Assembly: GCA_002633005.1 (NCBI GenBank)
Contig: NMRA01000605.1
Location: 188,920 to 251,311, forward strand
Source of the DNA: Phoronis australis
Lineage: Eukaryota; Animalia; Phoronida
Length of the DNA: 62,392 bases
Reading direction: 5' to 3'
Below, piece by piece: positions 52,748-62,392 of the stretch. The stretch's first letter is position 1. Each line of letters begins with the position of its first letter. The position numbers were made by a program, and so were the translations under genes. Below the pieces are notes generated by a model that had not been told where the DNA came from, did not search any database, and saw only the letters and a list, made by a program, of their open reading frames with translations.

Positions 52748-53033
52748 TGCGTTTGGGCCAAGTTCATTTTAAGGACCATAGGGGTCGCGAATATAAATTA
52801 ATGCGCTTTTTACATTTTTTTCACAGAAAAAGCAACCGTTTTTTGGAAGGTTCAAGCATTGAGTTAAAGCAACTTTGACTTTAATAACAAAAAATGCCAC
52901 GGATTCAACTATAAGCTGAAAGTATATTACTTGGGATCAACTTCCTGTTTTCCAAGATTTCGCGGCGTACTTGAAAAGTGTGTTGCCTGTTGAAGTTCTC
53001 TATGAGAGTTAACCAGTTAAGACAGTGTCATTT
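52748..53033. promoter_or_regulatory. Probable bidirectional promoter between OBI1 and SLC10A7
   Basis: Only 286 bp separate the two divergent start codons; contains an ETS-like ACTTCCTG near 52940 and TCGCG motifs. Confidence 0.65.
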
Positions 53034-56000
53034 ATGGACTGGAAAACGTCCATTTTATCCCACTGGTTTTTAGTAGGGATTGGAGTAGTAATATCATGTG
53101 CATACGCCATTCCAGAAATAGGGGTAAAAGGAGGTGAGATTTCAATTTGGTGTAGCCTACCTGCACTACACACCGAGGGTGAGGCGTGAACGTACAAGCT
53201 TGTCAGTTGGCATACCCATCGATCTTCTTTACCCTTTAGTAGGCCTAACTGATTACATTGTTGTAAACGTGATTAAATCCTCCTCTAGTGATGCACATTG
53301 GCGTAGTTGCTGTGGTGACCACTTGTCACAGACGCAGCAACTGTCCTCATCTCCCGCCTCTGCCGAGTCCTCAGACCTCAGTGCTGACACTTTCTAACTG
53401 TGAAGCATGTGATGGCTTTAATCCTGATGAACTTGGTTCTTTGTACGGTAAAGTCGCGCAATTTTGGGACACTCAAAATTAATTCCAATAGAAAAAAGTT
53501 CATACTTGGACGAATCTCGCGAAACATCATTTTTGTGGTGTCCGAATTTGGCGGACCTCCAAATTTGGGTTTCAGTAGTGTTCGAATTTCGTGGGTGTAC
53601 ATTATTTTGATGTGCGGTCGTAGTATCAACATTGCTGGCTCGGTCATTTGAAAGCAGTATAATTGCTGGTCAATGGGACTCAAACGATCTGCGCGATTAA
53701 TTTTTGAAAAACTGGCTTTCCCAATAAGAAATGTGCGTTGTTGACGCATCAAGAACGTTTCCGACAAGTGTTGGTTCTTCTTTTCAAAAATGCGCTTTCT
53801 CAATATGAAATATTCGGCTTGCTGCTCAAAAACCTTTCTCGGCAAATGACAGAATTTTTTCAAAAATGCACTATCTCATTTGAAATATCGGGCTGCGTTG
53901 TGAAAAAAGAGTGTTCCTGGTTACTAATATGAGCTTTCCAATGAGTGGGTCTGGTTTGCGTTGTTGACACACATGAAATGTTCGAGACAACTGATTATCT
54001 TTTGTAAAAAATGTGTTTTCTCAATAAAAATGTCGAGTTTACAATTTGTCAACGCACAAAGAGCACCCAGATAAACGCTTTTTTCAATGTGGTTTCCTAA
54101 TAAAAAGCTGGACTTACGTCTTCGACGCACAAAGAGGGTTCCCGACCATCAAAACGTGCGCTTTCTCAATTTTTAACGAATTTTGCGTTGAAACGGGCCT
54201 TTATGCAGCGTACGTCCTGGGCGTCCAAATGGACACCCTAGCACTAATCTGAACGCCCTGGCAAAGATGCCCAATGTATCATGTGGAGGATCACTGTCAA
54301 TAGGAACCTTTCAAGTTTGGACTCACACATTGTAATGAATACTAGGAATCCTCTGAAGGCTCACAGTGGGGGCTCTTTTTTCAAAGTAAGAAGAAATAAC
54401 AAAGTATTTACAATGTTGCTATGCTCATGCACTTGGTTGATAGCATTGTAAAAGTCTTGGTCTACATTTTTTAGTAAAAATGCTCACTACTGAAGGCTGT
54501 TTTATAAACTTAGATGTAAAAACCTTGGTCTAAGCATTTTTTGTAAAAAAATCTGTGTGTTTGGGGGGATTGCTAGGGGTGGGGGGATACGTGTCGGAAT
54601 CATGGACTCCTTGGAATATCGGGAACCCCATTTTGGACACCCTATTTTCGAAATCCTGGATAAAGGCCTACGTGGAAACGTGACAGTAATCAATGGATGT
54701 GGGAACAAGTGCAATGAAGAAAATGATGAACAATGACGAGTACAGGGTATATATTTATATTTGTTAAACGCATCCATGCGTCTGCCAGTTACAAAGCGAA
54801 ACGCAAGTTAACTCTGACACCTTTATTTCCATATAAACTGAAAGCTCAGTTTCAACATGAAAACGTCTCACGGGTAGCGCTCATGCTTACCTCCAGTTTG
54901 CTTAACGCCTTCCTCAGGCTTTCTTCACGCCTCCTTCACGCTTACCTCATGCTTTCTTCACGCTTTCGGTAGCTAAGTTAACACACAGTGATGATGCGCC
55001 GGGCTAATAAAAATATCATCTAGATCTGCGTGTACAGGTGGCGTTGTTGGAGTACGTGTCAAGTAATCCGTTGTTTTGGCATCTTGTATCACTGAGTTCC
55101 GACAAACTCCATAATTTCTCATATTTGTCATACAAACAAACTCCTTTAACTAGCCTGGCATTACATTTATGTTGTCTAATTTATTACTCTAAATCCTGTC
55201 CCATCAACGACTTAACCGTAGTTAGTAAAGACTCTGACCACTTTAGGGGCCTGAGGTAAATATGAACAAAGGCGTCCCTCTACAAACGTTCACAGTCACG
55301 TTTACATGTTTGTGCCTTGACACATGTACTCATGTATTGTCAGTCCGAGCATTCTTGCCACTACTCGAGGAACAGAAATTTCAATAAGCTCACTGCTGCG
55401 GGTGACGGCATCCCCATCCCCTTCTGCAAGCGCATCTTAAGTCCTCAATCCCTAGTGCGGGTTTATGTGTAGCTTCATCCCCTTACTATTTTGGGCCTAC
55501 ATAGTTCCGGGAAAATTTTTCATGAAAATAACAATTCACATGTCTGACTCGTCAAATGTTCCTGATCACTTTCTACGCATGATGCTACGCTCTGCTTATC
55601 GTGAAGACAGTTGAATTATTCCATCATGCACACGTGTGTCAACATTGTTTATATGATTGTTTATTTCACAAACAAATACCAGTATATACAAGTAAGAAGT
55701 TAAATCCTTGGATCTCGTGTTTCATGAAGTGACTCAAGATTTGAGAAAGAAATTTGGCCTTTCGCTCCAAAAAAATAGTTGAACCTCACATGAGAAAACT
55801 TCTATGACAATGTTTACATCCATGTTAGTTATTGAGGTAATTTTGATCAGTTAGTTTTCGACTGTGATGCGCTCATAATTACATGACTTAAACTTTATAC
55901 AGCAATCGCGAAATGGGAGCATAAGACCTGCTTTCTGTGTTTTGGTCACTGTGATGAAACGGACCCCAGAATCTGCATGCATCAACAGAAATAATTTGTA

Positions 56001-59000
56001 GAATGGGACTATTGTGGAATGCCACACAACTGGTTGCATGTCACTGAAATCCTCTTCTGTCTGTATACTGATTAGTACTTCAAGATGTTGATGTTGCTGC
56101 TTGTAAAGCCAGCAACTGGAAACAGCGTCAATCAGAGGTTTAATTGTTCATTTATGCTGAATGTGATGTTACTGCAGGTTACCTGATTGGAAAGGGAAAT
56201 CTAATGAAGTCGTCACTGTCATTGCCTAAAGTTTCCAAAATTCATATCTCAAGTTTACACTATTCTATTCTGTAGACAAATTACTGGTGGTAAATCTCGA
56301 GAGTGAATTACAGTTAGTTGAAAAAAATGCCAATTGAAAAGCTGACCGAGAGAAAAGTTCGCATACAATTTACGCTTTGGTATATCCATTATGAGACAAG
56401 TTAAGCATGTGATAATATCAATCAATATGCAAAAAAAGAACGTCACCTAAAATATGTGCACATTACGTGAAACATTTACAGTTCTGATAGTTTGGTGATG
56501 TCCATGAAATATCTAAAAATTTTAGTGCATTCTGTATAGAGTGCTAAGAGTGTGAAATAGTCATTGAAAATAGAGATATCTGAGGTTTAATATAGCTTAT
56601 ATTAAACCAAAAACAAATAATGATAAGTACACTAAGATGAGCGACCAAACACCCACCATGATAACAGCATTACGAAATAAATTGATACGCTGGTGGACGA
56701 CAAAAGGCCGAGTAATCAAAGAACTGATACTTTTGAAACGTTGGATGCACTGTCTAACAAAGAATTGATTTGGAATTACAGTGGGTACAACAGTTACTGA
56801 ATGTGCACTTCATAAAAAATTCAAAATCTGTTAATAAAATTGTCTTGTGATTTGGTAGATTAATCATTCAACTACCCCTGAAACAAGTGAATATCAATTA
56901 TCACATCAATCCAAATGAAATGCAACCAAATGACGTACTATCCCTAAAATCTCATCTTGGTTTTATTTTCCGGATGGCTGAATCATACAAACTGGAACAC
57001 AAGAGTTGTAGGCAACATGTAACCCCTCGGCTGGCTATGCCTGTGACATTACAGGGTGACGTAATTGCCTACAAAGAAAGAAGTATGTGTGCAAGTTAGA
57101 CGTGATTTGATTTTGAAGTGTTGAAGTTGTAGTTTCCTGGCAGTTGGTCTATTTTCTTTCAGAGTTTTTGGTATCATTTTTTATGCGCCCACATATTTAT
57201 ATGTGGACGCATTATGCCGTCATCTCTGTCCGTCCGTCCGTCCGTCCGTCCGGGCGGCGTCCGTCTGGCGTCCGCTGCTCTATCTCCAAAACCCTTTGAC
57301 ATACGTTCATGAAATTTGGCACATATGTTCCATTCATGAATGGGACGGCATGTGCGAACTTTCGGACGGATCCAACTACCGGTGTGCCCCCTAGTGGCAA
57401 TTTTAGTTTTTTACGCTTACCTTTGTATCTTCAAAAGTCCTGAANNNNNNNNNNNNNNNNNNNNNNNNNNNNNNNNNNNNNNNNNNNNNNNNNNNNNNNN
57501 NNNNNNNNNNNNNNNNNNNNNNNNNNNNNNNNNNNNNNNNNNNNNNNNNNNNNNNNNNNNNNNNNNNNNNNNNNNNNNNNNNNNNNNNNNNNNNNNNNNN
57601 NNNNNNNNNNNNNNNNNNNNNNNNNNNNNNNNNNNNNNNNNNNNNNNNNNNNNNNNNNNNNNNNNNNNNNNNNNNNNNNNNNNNNNNNNNNNNNNNNNNN
57701 NNNNNNNNNNNNNNNNNNNNNNNNNNNNNNNNNNNNNNNNNNNNNNNNNNNNNNNNNNNNNNNNNNNNNNNNNNNNNNNNNNNNNNNNNNNNNNNNNNNN
57801 NNNNNNNNNNNNNNNNNNNNNNNNNNNNNNNNNNNNNNNNNNNNNNNNNNNNNNNNNNNNNNNNNNNNNNNNNNNNNNNNNNNNNNNNNNNNNNNNNNNN
57901 NNNNNNNNNNNNNNNNNNNNNNNNNNNNNNNNNNNNNNNNNNNNNNNNNNNNNNNNNNNNNNNNNNNNNNNNNNNNNNNNNNNNNNNNNNNNNNNNNNNN
58001 NNNNNNNNNNNNNNNNNNNNNNNNNNNNNNNNNNNNNNNNNNNNNNNNNNNNNNNNNNNNNNNNNNNNNNNNNNNNNNNNNNNNNNNNNNNNNNNNNNNN
58101 NNNNNNNNNNNNNNNNNNNNNNNNNNNNNNNNNNNNNNNNNNNNNNNNNNNNNNNNNNNNNNNNNNNNNNNNNNNNNNNNNNNNNNNNNNNNNNNNNNNN
58201 NNNNNNNNNNNNNNNNNNNNNNNNNNNNNNNNNNNNNNNNNNNNNNNNNNNNNNNNNNNNNNNNNNNNNNNNNNNNNNNNNNNNNNNNNNNNNNNNNNNN
58301 NNNNNNNNNNNNNNNNNNNNTCTAGTGGCAATTTTAGTATTTTACATTGACCTCTGTATTTTCATAGGTCTTCAGGTGTATACTTTGTGTTACTTCGTGA
58401 CTGTGAAGGAAAAGTTCCGAGTAGAAATTTGTTTCTGGCATTCTAATGCTGTGCTAATCTCGTATGTTGGTAAATTGTTTTTAATTATATGTTTCTGTGG
58501 TGCTTTAAGCAACTGGTGTATAGGATGTGCTTGTATTATGAAGATTACTCACATTTTGCCCCTAGCCTTTTGAGGAGACAATGACCATGCCTTTCCATTT
58601 TGCAAAGTATGCCCTCTACTGGCCACTTTATGGTACCAATAAACAACCCTAGAAGGATACCGTATGCGGTGCAATTGTGGGCGCATTTCAACGCTCTGCG
58701 TTGCTCTTGTTATACGAATGTAAACACACGGTTTCCATTTCAGTTAAAGCGTCAAACTTGAATTGAGACTTCGAACATCAAGATCAATCTGAAACCTTCT
58801 AAAATAATACTTAATGTACTTAGTATTGGCCTACTTTGGCACTAGTGCCTCTCTAGTGCAGAGCTCGTTCAGCGATTAAACGATCTACTTGTATGAACAT
58901 AAAATTAATGAGAAGTAAAACACAGTTTACAGTTTATATCTAATATAACAAGAATAAATGTCAAATAATAAAACCACCAATGTACAACGTTTCATGAAAT

Positions 59001-62000
59001 TGATTACATAATCATGATACATTTCTCCTAATTGTGTTGATTTGATAGCATTGAAGATGTTATTCACTCGGCGCTTCTTGATGCTTGGCTTTCAGGTAAG
59101 TAAGTGCCCCATTCTGTGCATCCACACATGTTTTAATGAACTACAGTGTACATAGTAAATGCTGATATAGAATAGTGCCTTGAGATAGCTGACCAGTACC
59201 ATGTATATTACAAATTAAACACAGCAGGGAATTTCTCCTGAGAAATGTTTCTTGAAATACGATACAGTACTTTGTTCTAGTAGTGCTAAACGAGGGAGAA
59301 TAGCAATTATGATTGTAACCACTGTAGAGAAGGCAGGGAAACTCACGCCTGCCTAACGGTGTGCTCGTGCTTTGTTCACGCCTAACTCACGGAAATTCCG
59401 GGCACAGTCATGCTTCGGCTCGCTCCAGTTGTCACAGTCGATTCACGACTCGCTCTCCGGTCTGTCTCCGGTTACGGTCACACCTAGCCAGACCGGAGGC
59501 AGCCTGGACGAAGTCTAAAAATTCAGTGGCTGTACTGTATCTAGGTCCTGGACATTTGTCGTGTAGTGTCAGAATCTGTCGGGACATTTGAAAAATCAAC
59601 TAGACAAAGTTTGCCATTATTGGAGGGTTGTATACAGGATTCCATAACTGGGACTCCAAATTTTTCTAAACACTCTTTGTTCCTGCTGGCAGTGGCAATG
59701 GGCAATAGTCGGATATGACATGCTCACATTATGAGAATCAGTCGATGCATGTAAATCAGTGGAAAAACTGCTCCTCTAAACATTATCTCACTATTATTGT
59801 GGCGGTGCGTGAGTATCCCACTGGCCGCTATGTGGTGCACACACCCATTTAATAGAGTATAGTCAAGTGGAAGCAAAAGTGTCATTGACATAGCATAAAC
59901 CTTCTATTTATTCAGTGACTTTAAAGTCAAACCCATTTTTGATATCAAATCGACAAAAATATGCAAAAATACAGTCTGCACATATTTTGTTGAATGGTTT
60001 GCCTACAGCTGAATGAGTTCCAAAATCTTGGCCCATTTCCCTGCCAGTGATATATCTAGAATGTGACATTGATGGGCTAAATGTCACACCATTTCCAGTT
60101 CTGAATGAAATGGGCTCTGGTGATGAAAGTGTTGGTCTAAAGACGTGTCAATTGCTTGTAGTGCAAATAAAAGTCTTTGTATATCAGTAAAACACACATT
60201 ATCAATGTGTATTCGCAGAGCATTGGGAAACCCCTTGGAATAAGTAGTTTATGCAGTCATGTTTGAAACAGTACGCGGAAACACTCGAACAAAAAAAATC
60301 ACAACTTTCATACCAGTGATGCCAACGTTGGCTAAGTCCAAAAATCTGATAAACAGGTATACTTTTTAGCATCTGATCAGTGTTCTTTTTTCCCATGATG
60401 TAGACGGTCTGAAGTGTTTCTGTCAGTCATATTTTTATTTTTAACCGTACATGGACTCAATAGTCGAGCCTGTTTCCTCTCAGTCTCATGTCTTTCATTT
60501 GTACAATTTGCTTATGGTGAATATTCTCGCAATGTCAGTTAAGATTCAACATTCTGAAGCTGGTACAGTCAACGGTAAAATTCTTTAAGCACTTGGAATT
60601 CTTGCAGAGCCTGCACAAAGTCTAGTCCACGAAGTCGAATTCACATGTGTTTTCCATGCACATATGTGGAAGTGTAAGAGCAGTTAAAACCAATATCTCT
60701 TGAAATGTATCTTCTGGAATCATTTGTTAAAAAAATTGTAAATATGGCTTTGCAAACTTGTTTTTCTTGTTGATAACCACCTATTCTCAGTCATGGAGGT
60801 CAATGTAAGAACTCAGATGGCGATGTTGCCGGTAAAAATCCATTACTTTGAGAGGTCCACTGTTCACTGCATACATATTGACCTTTCGTCGACTGAGCCA
60901 CGCTATCACCACAATCTGGATCAGCAACTGGATCCTATACCGTATCAGTATATGGGTCAACATCCATACCTGGAATGTCTCTCGATTTTTAAATAGTCCA
61001 GAGCCTTTCATGTGCACACCCAGGGGGGCACCCATTTGGTGAAGTGGGCAAAAAGGTCCGCCACAGAGAAACAAAAAGTCCTAAAAAACAAGAAAAAGTC
61101 CACTAAAAAGGTGCAGCCGCACAGGTCNACAAAAAGTCCTAAAAAACAAGAAAAAGTCCACTAAAAAGGTGCAGCCGCACAGGTCACATTTCTGAAGGTG
61201 GTGCCCCATTTTTTCCTTTTTTTAGGCTTGCCGCCTTTTTTGTTAGCAAAAGGTACACAATGTCAGAAATTGAAGCCCCCCACATTAAAGGCTGGGTGCG
61301 CACATGCCTTTAGTGGCAGACAACCGGTCTGTTTCTATAATAGTGTGATGATTTTGCTCATAGTTTTTGTAACAGAAAATAGAGACTAATACTGGCTGGC
61401 AAAATTACTCTCCCTGAAAATACACATTGTCAAAGTGAAGGGTTGTGAACGGCTTGCAGTTTTTTACAGGATAGATGTTTGATCAGCCAAAGAAACTCCT
61501 TACAAATTAGTACCATAAGCTAAATTTCGATTGGTTGGTGACATGAGAAGTGTACCAAAATCTTCCAATAGTATCAATCTTAAGTATGAAATGCACAGGC
61601 AACACCCAATAAGGATGAAATATAGTGACCAAACTTGTTCCAAAATTGGTGGGCAGAAGAAACAAATTAATCCTTTAAAACGGAGGGGTTCTTTGACTTG
61701 AATCGTCAAATTCGTGACAAACATAAGGCAGAGTCAAATTCTGTCTATACCTTTCCTGAAAATGAATTGGCTTGAAGTAAAGTCAATCGGACACTCTGAA
61801 AATAAATCACATCCAGTCCAATGGCTGATGCTTAACAAAATCTCTGAGTACATTTGACGCATAAAGGGACTCTTTAGGTCAGTTTGTGATGTCTTCAGTT
61901 GCTTCTAGCTCAAACAAATACTCCCTTAATCAACTTTTTTCGAAGAGTGTATCTTCCCTTGCCCTAATCGGCAATTGCTCACACCAGAGGGTATGACATC

Positions 62001-62301
62001 GTATCCCCTGGTGCGAGCAGTGTTAAGCAATGGCCAAAAAGAACAAGGAACCCCACCATTCATTACTCAAGATCAAGAAACACTCGAGGGTATATTGGGG
62101 TTGGTCAATCCTAATATTTGAAAATGGTGAATGTTGGCATTGGTAACTCATTCAGAAGCAATTCAAGAGTGGATGAGCATGATGATGTTTTAAGCCTTGC
62201 TGTTTTATTTTTTCACAGGTCCACTGAAGCCTGAATTTACCATCAGATATTTGGCAGTGTCATTTATTTTCTTTAGCAGTGGATTGTCTCTGAATACCGA
62301 G
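53034..62301 (+). CDS. SLC10A7: Sodium/bile acid cotransporter family member 7, 5' part only: exon 1 53034-53133, exon 2 62219-62301; gene continues beyond the window
   Basis: Spliced translation [33 protein letters not shown]|[28 protein letters not shown] matches the SLC10A7 N-terminus (GGPLKPE...SGLSLxTE). Donor G|GTGAGA, acceptor TTTCACAG|. Confidence 0.9.
54870..54970. repeat. Degenerate ~11-bp tandem repeats (CACTA/EnSpm subterminal-like)
   Basis: Repeated TTCACGC/CTCATGC units at ~11-bp spacing. Confidence 0.45.
57177..58365 (+). mobile_element. Helentron/DINE-1-like (HINE) element with (GTCC)n microsatellite; central part is an N gap
   Basis: Starts TTTTTTATGCGCCC with a short hairpin and (GTCC)n; CTAGTGGCAATTTTAGT occurs on both sides of the gap. 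Confidence 0.6.
57445..58320. other. Assembly gap (N run)
   Basis: Run of N. Confidence 1.
61009..61306. mobile_element. MITE with 15-bp TIRs, 5-bp TSD and an internal ~58-bp tandem duplication
   Basis: CATGTGCACACCCAG / CTGGGTGCGCACATG; TSD CCTTT at 61004-61008 and 61307-61311. Confidence 0.8.
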
Positions 62302-62392
62302 GTGCGTGTGACAGGTAACCCATTACTTACGTGCTCTATAGTTCTTTAGACATTCGGTAGCTATAGTACCGTAATCGTTCGGGTTAACGCCC

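Noticed and set aside
53378-53863. 161-aa ORF in SLC10A7 intron 1
   Set aside because: No recognisable motif; lies in transposon-like sequence.
57340-58350. 336-aa and 304-aa ORFs
   Set aside because: Artefacts of the N gap.
61071-61187. 58-bp tandem duplication as a biological feature
   Set aside because: An N sits at the junction, so it may be an assembly artefact inside a MITE.

Overview
AT-rich animal genomic DNA, probably a lophotrochozoan invertebrate (inference), with two N-gaps (8955-9558, 57445-58320) and many transposon remnants. Manual splicing gives six protein-coding genes: RWDD2-like (+, 2 coding exons, 303 aa); an unnamed secreted alpha-helical protein (-, 8 exons, ~421 aa, two hydrophobic segments, possibly pore-forming); MTERF3 (-, one coding exon); a divergent F-box/beta-propeller-like protein (+, 7 exons, 445 aa); OBI1/RNF219 (-, 7 exons, 811 aa, one GC-AG intron); and the first two exons of SLC10A7 (+), head-to-head with OBI1. 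Mobile DNA includes a rearranged THAP-bearing Kolobok-like element with a nested insertion, several MITEs with 5-bp TSDs, Harbinger-like MITEs, an RNase H LINE sharing a 3' tail with a tRNA-derived SINE, Gypsy, Penelope and CR1/L2 remnants, Helentron-like elements and a degenerate hammerhead-like motif. All calls were made by eye; no searches were run.
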